Positions 1-8,340 of a DNA stretch of 22,649 nt are shown in pieces. Source of the stretch: Archangiaceae bacterium (GTDB lineage: Bacteria > Myxococcota > Myxococcia > Myxococcales > Myxococcaceae); assembly GCA_043750125.1 (NCBI GenBank), contig JAYVCD010000158.1, positions 1-22,649 on the forward strand. The letters are read 5' to 3'. The position numbers and the translations under genes are program-made. The notes below the pieces were generated by a model, which saw only the letters and a program-made list of their open reading frames with translations, was not told the origin of the DNA and ran no database searches. Within the stretch, counting starts at the first letter, position 1; each line of letters starts with the position of its first letter.

Positions 1-19
1 TCCCCGGTATGGGGGGGCC

Positions 20-394
20 ATGGCGACCCTTCGCAATGAAGTCTGTTTCTCCGGGCCCGGCGGCGCTGTGATCCCGGGCGACGTCGTGAAGCTGCTCACC
101 AAGCTGCAGGCGTCGCTGAAAGAACGATCGATCGTCAGCGCGCTCGACGGCGGCAACGTCGAGCTCGAGATCGAGAACCAGCCCGCGGTGCTGCGGCTGA
201 TCTCGTGGGAAGCGCCCGGCTCCTCCTCGCTTCAGCTGTTCGACGAGCCGCTTGAGAACGAAGAGCTCACTGATTGTCCGAAGTCGCGCGCCGTCCTGGA
301 ACTGCTTCACAAGTCGCTCATCGAGGCCGGCTACGACCCCGAGTGGATCGGCCCCGACGAAGACATCGGCGCCGAACCGTTCGCGCGGGATTAG
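20..394 (+). CDS. Hypothetical protein (124 aa, acidic)
   Basis: ATG-TAG ORF with GC3-rich codon usage and protein-like composition; no recognisable family motif. Confidence 0.65.
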   Translation: MATLRNEVCFSGPGGAVIPGDVVKLLTKLQASLKERSIVSALDGGNVELEIENQPAVLRLISWEAPGSSSLQLFDEPLENEELTDCPKSRAVLELLHKSLIEAGYDPEWIGPDEDIGAEPFARD

Positions 395-476
395 TCAGGG
401 GTGCCCTGCCCCTGCGTCGCACTTCACAGGTTGAAGTTGGTGCATCAGGGCCCGACGTCGGGAAGACTGCGGGCCA

Positions 477-2651
477 ATGCCACTTCAATTGCGGGTCCTT
501 GCCACCGGCCAGATGGTCGAAGTCCCCAACGAAGGACAGACGATTGGCCGCGAAGGAGGACAGGCCGACATCCAGATCAAGGACGTGACGCTCTCGGGCC
601 GGCACGCGCGCATCTTTGCTGACGGCAATGACTGGTTGATCCAGGACCTCGGCTCGACGAATGGCACGTACCTCGGCGAGGAGCGGGTCGGCACTGCGAC
701 TGAGATTCATCCCAACGACATCATCACGATGTCGTCGACCAAGCTGGAAGTCATCAAGGTCTGGAATCCGCAGTTGCAACACACGGTGTTGATGGCGGCG
801 CCGGCGTTCGAGACGGCGCCTACCGGAAGTCCAGCGGTCGCGAGGACCAGGAGCACCGCATCGGCGGTAGTCGTCGCTGCGGAAGAGCCGGAAGAGCCCG
901 GCCCCACAGCGCCCACGATGATCGGGTACGCGGCGACGGCGATCTCGGTGCCGGCGGCGGGCCGCGCGCCGGTTTTGAAGGTGAGTGCCGCTGCCGCCCA
1001 AGGCGAAGTGGAGCCCAGCGCTGCCGGCGCTCGGACGATGATCGGCTATGGCGCGCCCACTGCGGCCAGGACCGGTCCATCGCTGGCGGTTGCCCGGACC
1101 CCAAAGAGGGAGGAAGTCGAGGAGCCACCGGCCGACAATTCACCGGGCGAGACCGAGGCGCCTGAAGCCGTAGGGGCAGACAACGGACTGAAGTACTTCC
1201 TCGTCGCGGTGCCGAAGGCGATCGCGTTCTACCTGGCAGCGATTCCCTTGATGATCGTCAATCCACTCGGGGCGATTCGCAAAGGCGTGGAGGAACAGAA
1301 GCATGAGGCAAAGGGCAAGATGGAACTCATCGCGTACGCGCTGCCGGTGAACCTGTTCAGCGCCGCCGTCGGCTTCATCTCCACGCTGGTCGTCCAACTG
1401 GTGACGCACACGCTGAGCATCGGCGGGTTGATCGTCGGCTTGTTGGTGATTCCTGCGATCGTGGCGGTCGTGGTGAGCGCGATCACCGGCTACCTGTGGC
1501 ACCCCGTGACTGGATGGGTCATCACCAAGCTCAAGGGTGAGTCCGATGAGCGCTCGCGCACCAACTACTTCCTGATGTTCATGACCGCTACCACGCTGGT
1601 GGCCCTGCCCAGCGGACTGGGCATCATCCTCGGATTGGTTCCGTTTCGGCTCGTCGCGATGGTGCAGCCCGCTCTGTCTGCGCTGGGCTCGGTGGTGCTG
1701 ATTTTCGTCACGTATTCCTGGATGACGAAGTTCAACGTCGTGAAGTTGTTTCGCACGTTCCTGCTCGTGCTCGGTGGGCTGGCGATCGTCGGAGGTGCCT
1801 TCGGCGTGCTCGGGCGGCTGACGACGGCTCCCGGCGGCACTCGCATTGCGTCGGGGTCGGACGTCGAAGCGCAGATCGAGGCGGTGAAGAAACAGGGCGA
1901 GGAAGCGACGACGGAAGCGGGCGCGGCCCAGGGAACCGGAGAGGCGAAAGCCCCGGTACAGAAAGTCGAGAACGAAGCGGGCGTGAAGGAGCCGGCGGTC
2001 GCCGCAGCCGAGAAGCCTGCCGCAGCCGCTGCAGACCCATCGGTGCCCTACCCGACCTACGTGAAGATGCGCGACGCGGTCGAGAAAGCCATCGCGGACG
2101 ATCCGGCGCTGCTGAATCGGAGTCCCGAATTGCTCGCGCTCTACCACGGGTACACAAACACGACTTTCGAGGTCGACACCCGGTTCAAGGCGCTCAACGA
2201 GAAGAATCCGGCCGACGCGAAGTTGAATGTGCGGCTGCGTGAGGCGGAGCTCTTTGCGAAGACCGAAAAGGCAGTGGGTGCGCTCTACGCCCGACTGAAG
2301 CCCTCGGGTCAGGCCAGGGCGGAGGCGCCTGCGGAGAAGGAAGAGAAGCCGAAAGCAGAGGCCAAGCCTGCGCCTGCTCCGGCGCCGGCCGCGAAGGAAG
2401 AGAAACCGAAGGCCCCGGCGGGCAAAGGAAAGCTCGCGTGCTCGTCGAAGCCCGCAGCAGCGCAAATCTGGGTGGACGGGAAAAACACCGGGAAGACGAC
2501 GCCGCTGCCCGTGTCGAGCGCGCTCGAGCTGCCGGCCGGGAAGCACACAGTGATCTTCAAGCTCAACGGCAAAGCGAGCGCGCCGGTGGAGATCACAATC
2601 GAGCCCGATCGTCCGGTCGTCCTCAAAGGCGTCGAGATCCCCGGCGCGTAG
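477..2651 (+). CDS. FHA-domain multi-pass membrane protein with C-terminal PEGA domain
   Basis: N-terminal FHA motifs (IGRE..., LSGRHARI, DLGSTNGT); Ala/Pro/Thr/Glu linker; about 5 hydrophobic segments (Yip1-like spacing, inferred); C-terminal PEGA signature (KLACSSKPAAAQIWVDGKNTGKTTPL...LPAGKHTV). Confidence 0.85.
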   Translation: MPLQLRVLATGQMVEVPNEGQTIGREGGQADIQIKDVTLSGRHARIFADGNDWLIQDLGSTNGTYLGEERVGTATEIHPNDIITMSSTKLEVIKVWNPQLQHTVLMAAPAFETAPTGSPAVARTRSTASAVVVAAEEPEEPGPTAPTMIGYAATAISVPAAGRAPVLKVSAAAAQGEVEPSAAGARTMIGYGAPTAARTGPSLAVARTPKREEVEEPPADNSPGETEAPEAVGADNGLKYFLVAVPKAIAFYLAAIPLMIVNPLGAIRKGVEEQKHEAKGKMELIAYALPVNLFSAAVGFISTLVVQLVTHTLSIGGLIVGLLVIPAIVAVVVSAITGYLWHPVTGWVITKLKGESDERSRTNYFLMFMTATTLVALPSGLGIILGLVPFRLVAMVQPALSALGSVVLIFVTYSWMTKFNVVKLFRTFLLVLGGLAIVGGAFGVLGRLTTAPGGTRIASGSDVEAQIEAVKKQGEEATTEAGAAQGTGEAKAPVQKVENEAGVKEPAVAAAEKPAAAAADPSVPYPTYVKMRDAVEKAIADDPALLNRSPELLALYHGYTNTTFEVDTRFKALNEKNPADAKLNVRLREAELFAKTEKAVGALYARLKPSGQARAEAPAEKEEKPKAEAKPAPAPAPAAKEEKPKAPAGKGKLACSSKPAAAQIWVDGKNTGKTTPLPVSSALELPAGKHTVIFKLNGKASAPVEITIEPDRPVVLKGVEIPGA

Positions 2652-2752
2652 CGGGCCGCATGGGGCCTGTTCCTCACGGGAGGTAGATCCCAAAAGCCCT
2701 TCCACCCGAGGACAGCGGGGCAGAGGTGCTCCCCACGTTTTGCTCTTGATTG

Positions 2753-2794
2753 TCAATTGAGGCAGAAAAAGCCCTCGTAATTTGCCTCAATTGA
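2753..2794. repeat. Perfect 12-bp inverted repeat (TCAATTGAGGCA / TGCCTCAATTGA, 18-nt spacer) in an AT-rich intergenic patch
   Basis: Arms at 2753-2764 and 2783-2794; outer extension TCTTGA (2744-2749) / TCAAGA (2800-2805). Confidence 0.8.
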
Positions 2795-3039
2795 ATGTTT
2801 CAAGAAAAAGACCTCGAGCTTCGTTCCCCGGGAGGCGCTCCGGTCCAAAAGACGCGCAGTAGGCGCGGCAGATTCCTGCCTGGCCCGTCGCAAGGAGCAG
2901 GAGGCAAGGTGGGACACCGTAACGTAAAACGCCTGGCCACCAGGGAATGCCAGCGCGGGCAGAACAGAGCTCGCGTGTCGAGCACCCGTGCGGCGGGGAC
3001 GGTCACAGGGTAAAGGCCCGGGCCGTGAGCTCTGCGGGC

Positions 3040-3963
3040 ATGTCGATACTGCGTCTGACCTTCCTCGGCACTTCGGCCGCGGCGCCGACGCTGCATCGAA
3101 ACGTCTCGGGACTGGCAGTGAAAGCCGACTCGCATCTGTTGCTGTTCGACTGCGGTGAAGGCAGCCAGCGGCAGATGATTCGCTACGGCACCGGCTTCAC
3201 AGTCGACGCGGCGTTCTTCACCCACTTCCACGCCGACCACTACCTGGGAATCATCGGCTTTCTGCGAACGCTCGGAATGGGAGGCCGCACCGAGACGATG
3301 CACCTCTACGGCCCGACGCCGGCGAAGAAGGTGCTCGACGTCGCGATTCACTTAGGCGTCGACCGGCTGGCGTTCCCGGTCGAGATTCACGAGCTCAAGG
3401 GCGGCGAGAAGCTCGATCGGGGCGGCTACTCGGTCAGCGCGGTGCGCGTGGATCACCGGGTCAACGCACTGGGGTACGTGATCGAAGAGAACCTTCGACC
3501 GGGCCGTTTCGATCTCGAGGCGGCGACGAAGTTGGGCGTCAAGCCCGGGCCGGACTTCGGCAAGCTGCAGAAGGGCGAGACGGTGAAGGCGGTCGACGGC
3601 ACCGACGTGACGCCGGCACAGGTGATGGGCGTCGCGCGCGCGGGCCGACGGGTCGTCATCTCGGGCGACACCCGCCCCTGCCCAGCCCTGGTCGAAGCGT
3701 CCGCAGGAGCCGACCTGCTCATCCACGAGTCGACCTTCAGCGACGAAGAGCAGGAACGTGCGCTCGAGACCCGTCACAGCACCGCGCGCGAGGCCGGCAA
3801 GGTCGCCCACGAAGCGAAGGTGAAGCGACTGGTGCTCACCCACCTCTCGGCCCGCCACGACGTGGACTTCAAGCCGCTGCTCGAGCAGGCCAGGCAGGAA
3901 TACTCGGGCCCGTGCGAAGTCGCCTTCGACGGGCTGACGATTGAAGTTCCGGTGCGCGATTAG
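3040..3963 (+). CDS. rnz: Ribonuclease Z (tRNase Z, metallo-beta-lactamase fold)
   Basis: LTFLGTSAAAPT..RN, FDCGEG, THFHADH (HxHxDH), exosite GVKPGPDFGKL, SGDTRP, HESTF, HST, THLSARH. Start set at ATG 3040 (MSILRLTF) rather than 2947. Confidence 0.95.
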   Translation: MSILRLTFLGTSAAAPTLHRNVSGLAVKADSHLLLFDCGEGSQRQMIRYGTGFTVDAAFFTHFHADHYLGIIGFLRTLGMGGRTETMHLYGPTPAKKVLDVAIHLGVDRLAFPVEIHELKGGEKLDRGGYSVSAVRVDHRVNALGYVIEENLRPGRFDLEAATKLGVKPGPDFGKLQKGETVKAVDGTDVTPAQVMGVARAGRRVVISGDTRPCPALVEASAGADLLIHESTFSDEEQERALETRHSTAREAGKVAHEAKVKRLVLTHLSARHDVDFKPLLEQARQEYSGPCEVAFDGLTIEVPVRD

Positions 3964-3966
3964 GCG

Positions 3967-5988
3967 TTACTTCTTCGCGGTCCACTGGTCCATCCACCCG
4001 AGCACGGTGTCGTGCCAGAGGACGGAGTTCTGCGGCTTGACCACCCAGTGATTTTCGTCGGGAAAGTAGAGCAGCTTCGAGGGCACTCCCCGGCGCTGGA
4101 GCACGGTGAAAGTGGCCAGGCCCTCGACGTCCGAGACGCGATAATCCTTCGCGCTGTGGATGACGAGCGTCGGCACCTTCCACTTCGCGACGTGGTCCAC
4201 CGGGTTGTGCTTGGCAAAGCCCATGTGCTGTTCCCAAGGGGTCCCGCCGTGCTCCCACTCGGGGAACCAGAGCTCTTCGGTCGAGTAGTACGCGAACGTC
4301 TCGTCCAGGTTTCCGTCGTGGCTGACGAAGCACTTCCACGGCTCGTTCCACATTCCGGCCATCCAGTTGATCATGAAGCCGCCGTAGGACGCGCCCAGCG
4401 CACACGCGCGTGACTTGTCGAGGAACGGGTATTTCTCGAGCGCAGCGGCAAAGCCCTTCTGTAGATCCTCGAGCGGCTTTCCGCCCCAGTCCGCCCGGAT
4501 GCCATCGGTGAAGGCCTGGCCGTAGCCGACCGAGCCGTGAAAATCGATCATCACCGCCACGTAGCCGCGCCCGGAGTAGACCTGAGGGTTCCAGCGGTAG
4601 TGCCACTGGTTGCCGAAGCTGCCTTGCGGACCGCCGTGAATCAGAAAGGCGATCGGATATTTTTTCTTCGCGTCGAAGTCGACCGGCTTCACCACGTAGC
4701 CGTAGACCTTGTCCCCGTTCCAGCCGGGAAACGAGAACTGCTCGGGCTGTCCCAGCTTCACGCCCTTCATCGCCTCTTCGTTCAGGTGGGTCAGCTGCTT
4801 CGGCTTCCCGCCCTCGAGGTGGAAGAGCTCTGAGGGCCCGTTGAGCGAATCTTGCGCGTAGAACAGCTGCTCCCCGACCGCGGACACGTGGCCCTGGCCG
4901 ACCAGGCTTGTGACCTTCGCGCTGGCTACGTCGATCGCGAACAGCGACAGCTGCCCCAGGTCCCACGCGTTGGCGTAAATGGTCTTCCCGTCGGCGGACC
5001 AGCGAATCGAGTCGGGGCTGCGGTCCCACGCCTCGGTCAGCCGGCGCTCTTTTCCATCAGCCCAGCTGCGCACGATGATCGTCTGCTTGTCCGCTTCGAA
5101 GCCGGGCCGGGCCATCGCGAGGTACGCAAGGCTCTTCCCGTCCGGGCTGAACGAGGGGTTGGTGTCGGTCGCGCGGTTGGTGGTGGTGAGCTTCTTCGGT
5201 GCGCCGCTGCCATCGGTGGCGACGGAGAACAAGTCGAGGTCGGTGCTCCAGGCCTCTTCCCGGCCGACATCGCGCGCGGTGAAGACCAGCTGCTTGCCAT
5301 CGGCGCTGAAGGTGAATTGCTCGCTGCCTCCGAACGGCTTGACCGGGGCGTCGGCGGTGAGCTTCGGCATCAGGTCCTTCGCGGCTCCACCGGTCAGGTT
5401 CTGCACGAACAGATGGCTGCGGCGGCCGTCTTTCCAGGTGTCCCAGTGGCGAAACATCAGCTGGTCGTAGATTTTACCGCTCGCCTTGCTCTTCGATTGC
5501 TCGGTGAGCCGCTTCTGGGTGCAGGCCAGGGTGTCGGCGTCCTTGCAGTCGGGGAAGACGTCGGCGGCAAACGCGATCATCTTTCCGTCGGACGAGAGCA
5601 CGAACGCGTTCACGTCGACGGGGGCCTTGGTGACCGCGGTGGGCTCTCCGCCCTCGAGCGGAAGGTTGAAGACCTGGCTGGTCTCGCCGCGCGCGGACAA
5701 GAAGTAGACGCTCTTTCCATCGGGAGCGAACACCGGGTCCGTGTCGGCCGCGGGGTGCGAGGTGAGCTGACGCAGATCCGTGCCGTCGGAACGCAACCGC
5801 CACAGATCAATCTTCCCCTTGTTCTCTTCGTAGTCGGTGGTGCGCAGGCTGAAGACGACAGTGCTTGCGTCGGGCGAGACGGTGAAGTCCATCAGCCGAC
5901 GCAGGTTCACCTGGTCCAGCACGGTATACGGACGGGCTTTGGCGGGCGCTGGAACGACGGCGAGAGCGAGGAGGAGCGGGATGAGCAT
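3967..5988 (-). CDS. S9 family serine peptidase (dipeptidyl-peptidase 5 / acylaminoacyl-peptidase-like), secreted
   Basis: Signal peptide; PD40-like repeats (PVFAPDGK, PSFSPDGK); IHGGPQ; nucleophile GASYGG; DYRV Asp; ENHWV His. Confidence 0.93.
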   Translation of the reverse strand: MLIPLLLALAVVPAPAKARPYTVLDQVNLRRLMDFTVSPDASTVVFSLRTTDYEENKGKIDLWRLRSDGTDLRQLTSHPAADTDPVFAPDGKSVYFLSARGETSQVFNLPLEGGEPTAVTKAPVDVNAFVLSSDGKMIAFAADVFPDCKDADTLACTQKRLTEQSKSKASGKIYDQLMFRHWDTWKDGRRSHLFVQNLTGGAAKDLMPKLTADAPVKPFGGSEQFTFSADGKQLVFTARDVGREEAWSTDLDLFSVATDGSGAPKKLTTTNRATDTNPSFSPDGKSLAYLAMARPGFEADKQTIIVRSWADGKERRLTEAWDRSPDSIRWSADGKTIYANAWDLGQLSLFAIDVASAKVTSLVGQGHVSAVGEQLFYAQDSLNGPSELFHLEGGKPKQLTHLNEEAMKGVKLGQPEQFSFPGWNGDKVYGYVVKPVDFDAKKKYPIAFLIHGGPQGSFGNQWHYRWNPQVYSGRGYVAVMIDFHGSVGYGQAFTDGIRADWGGKPLEDLQKGFAAALEKYPFLDKSRACALGASYGGFMINWMAGMWNEPWKCFVSHDGNLDETFAYYSTEELWFPEWEHGGTPWEQHMGFAKHNPVDHVAKWKVPTLVIHSAKDYRVSDVEGLATFTVLQRRGVPSKLLYFPDENHWVVKPQNSVLWHDTVLGWMDQWTAKK

Positions 5989-6158
5989 GGCCGCGGCTTA
6001 TAGCCGTCGACCCGCTCGTCGCGTAGAACCGACCACTCGTCACTCTGCGGCGACGCTCATCGCACCGGAGCGCGTTCCCGTCGCGCCGCCCCTTTCCCCC
6101 CTCGGCAATGGGCGCCTCGTCCTCAACGTCGGCCGGCTTACAAGGTCGCAATCTGAAT

Positions 6159-6551
6159 GCCGAGGCCCGCCAGGTCGCCGACCCGCTGGCTGGCCCGCTA
6201 AGAATCGGCGTCATCCCCACCCTCTCACCGAACCTGGTGCCGCTGCTGGTCGAGCCGGTGCGCCGAGCGTTTCCGAGGCTGCGTCCGCTGTGGGTCGAAG
6301 AAAAGGCGCCTGCGATTCGAAGAGACCTCGAGGCGGGCGTGCTCGGCACCGACGCCTTCGTCTTCGCCGCCCCGAAGGGCCACCCCCTGACCCGGAAGCG
6401 GGGGGTCCGGGCGACCAGCCTCACCACCCTTGCGCAGATGGTGGCGGGTGGCGCGGGCGTCACCTTTCTGCCTCAGCTCGCGCTCGCCCAGGAAAACCCG
6501 CACGGGCGGCTGGCCTTCCGCACCCTCAACGCCCCCGCCCCCGGCAGTTGA
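6159..6551 (+). pseudogene. Remnant of an OxyR-like LysR regulator (effector-domain fragments only)
   Basis: DPLAGPLRIGVIPTLSP, FVFAAPKGHPL, RATSLTTLAQMVAGGAGVTFLP are OxyR-type blocks; no HTH; the segments normally between these blocks, including the Cys-containing one, are absent. Confidence 0.7.
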
Positions 6552-6892
6552 ATCAGTCCCTGAGCAGCGACAGCCCCAGCAGCGGAACCCCGAGGCAGCG
6601 GCAGCCTGGTGACCGCGCGGCTGGGAGTGGGGACGAGCTTCAATGCCTTCGCAGCCCGCAGCAGCTCTTCGGCTTCGTCCGGGTTCATCGTCGGAGGAGG
6701 AGGCGGCGGCGGGTCCGGCAGCGCAATCGTCAGCTTGCTCGCGCTGTTGGTGCCGAAGGTGGAAGTGGTCTGGGGCGCTCCGACTGCGCTCGACCCGAGC
6801 GCTCACTTCGTCGAGGTGCGCATCGGAGTGGGGTTTTGATCCACCCATAAAAACCTCTGGCGATTCACCGCTAAGGCCCGTACCTCAGCAGC

Positions 6893-7870
6893 ATGGAATT
6901 TCGACGTCTCGGCCGCAGCGGGCTTCAAGTCAGTGCACTCTCGTTCGGCTCGTGGGTGACCTTCGGCACCCAGCTCGACATCAGCAAGGCGCGCGACTGC
7001 CTGGCGGCCGCGTACGACGCCGGGGTGAACTTCTTCGACAACGCCGAAATCTATGCCAACGGTCAGTCAGAAGAGGTGATGGGCAAGGCGATTCGCGAGC
7101 TCGGGTGGCCGCGCCACAGCTACGTCATCAGCACCAAGCTGTTCTGGGGCATTCACGACGCGCCGAACATGAAGAACACGCTGAATCGCAAGTACCTGCT
7201 GCAGGCCATCGACGGCTCTTTGCAGCGGCTCGGCCACGACTTCGTCGATCTGCTGTTCTGTCACCGCGCCGACCCCAACACCTCGATTGAAGAGACGGTG
7301 TTCGCGATGCACGACATCATTTCCTCGGGCAAGGCGCTCTACTGGGGCACCTCGGAGTGGGCCGCCGCCGACATTCGCGCCGCGTGGGAAATCGCCGAGC
7401 GCCACCACCTGCACAAGCCGGTGATGGAACAGCCCCAGTACAATTTGTTCGAGCGCGAGAAGGTCGAGAAAGATTACGCCCGCCTCTACGAAGAGACCGG
7501 CCTCGGGCTCACCACCTGGAGCCCGCTCGCCTCGGGCCTGCTCACCGGCAAGTACCTCGAGGGCACGCCCGCCGACAGCCGCGCCAACTTGAAAGGCTAC
7601 GGCTGGCTCAAGCGCAAGCTCGAAAACCCCGAGCGCAACGCGACGGTGAAGCAGCTGCAGGCCGTGGCCAAGGAGCTCGGGTGCTCGCTGGCGCAATTGT
7701 CCATCGCCTGGTGCGCCAAGAATCCGCGCGTGTCGACCGTCATCACCGGCGCCAGTCGGGTCGAGCAGGTGCACGAGAACCTCAAGGCGCTCGACGTGCT
7801 GCCCAGGCTGACCGACGAGGTGATGGCGAAGATTCGCGCCCTCATCGAGCCCGAAGCCGGGCGCCCGTAA
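6893..7870 (+). CDS. Aldo/keto reductase (Kv-beta-like subfamily)
   Basis: [30 protein letters not shown] (Asp/Tyr), STKL (Lys), [29 protein letters not shown]. Confidence 0.93.
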   Translation: MEFRRLGRSGLQVSALSFGSWVTFGTQLDISKARDCLAAAYDAGVNFFDNAEIYANGQSEEVMGKAIRELGWPRHSYVISTKLFWGIHDAPNMKNTLNRKYLLQAIDGSLQRLGHDFVDLLFCHRADPNTSIEETVFAMHDIISSGKALYWGTSEWAAADIRAAWEIAERHHLHKPVMEQPQYNLFEREKVEKDYARLYEETGLGLTTWSPLASGLLTGKYLEGTPADSRANLKGYGWLKRKLENPERNATVKQLQAVAKELGCSLAQLSIAWCAKNPRVSTVITGASRVEQVHENLKALDVLPRLTDEVMAKIRALIEPEAGRP

Positions 7871-7878
7871 AGGCTCCA

Positions 7879-8042
7879 TCGGTGTGGGGCAGCAGCGCGA
7901 ACGACGTCTGGGCGGGCGGCTATGCCGGCATCTCCCGCTGGGACGGCTGCTTTGGACGCCGAAGAAAAACACCCCCGGGGGCTCGCTCGAGGGCGTGTGG
8001 AACGGCGGGGCCTCTGATGTGTGAGCGGTCGGCACCAAGGGG
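7879..8042 (+). pseudogene. Fragment of a VWGSxxxDVWAVG beta-propeller repeat protein
   Basis: [23 protein letters not shown] (7879-7947) and, in another frame, [16 protein letters not shown] (7992-8042) with TGA at 8022-8024 where Trp is expected; no start codon. Confidence 0.6.
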
Positions 8043-8051
8043 AAACGGCGG

Positions 8052-8333
8052 TTACGAAGTTGAAGCGCGCTTGTTGCGGCGCGCAATCGCGGCCGCGACC
8101 AGCAAAGCGATCGCCGCCACTACCGCGCCCAATGGAGCAATCAGCCCCCACGCCCGCGCCTTCGCGTTGTCTGCTTCCTCGCTGAGAAACATCACCGGGC
8201 CGACGCTGACGATGAACGTCAGTGCGAGCCAGACCAACACCAGGCGAAGCCAGCGGGGCGCTCCTGGCTGTTGCATCTGGCCCACCGCCCAGGCCGCCAA
8301 CGCCGCGTCGACCAACATCAGACCAAAGAACAT
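8052..8333 (-). CDS. Small hypothetical membrane protein (93 aa, about 3 TM)
   Basis: ATG at 8333, just after the rsmB stop; three hydrophobic segments and a basic tail (ARRNKR). The longer ORF start overlaps rsmB and was trimmed. Confidence 0.5.
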   Translation of the reverse strand: MFFGLMLVDAALAAWAVGQMQQPGAPRWLRLVLVWLALTFIVSVGPVMFLSEEADNAKARAWGLIAPLGAVVAAIALLVAAAIARRNKRASTS

Positions 8334-8340
8334 TGGGAGC

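Noticed and set aside
2746..2760. FNR box in TTGATTGTCAATTGA
   Set aside because: Has TTGAT but not ATCAA at the required N4 spacing.
2947..3039. Extended N-terminus of RNase Z in the ORF track
   Set aside because: Homology begins at MSILRLTFLGT; ATG 3040 is the more plausible start.
6473..6844. Minus-strand frame VDQNPTPMRTSTK*ALGSS...LPDPPPPPPPTMNPDEAEELLRAAKAL
   Set aside because: Looks protein-like and may be another scar, but it has an internal TGA (6803-6805), overlaps the OxyR-like remnant and matches no family I can name.
6803..8024. TGA-as-Trp/Sec recoding suggested by in-frame TGAs at 6803 and 8022
   Set aside because: Intact genes here (nirK, rsmB, HEAT protein) end in TGA and use TGG for Trp; simple nonsense mutation explains it.
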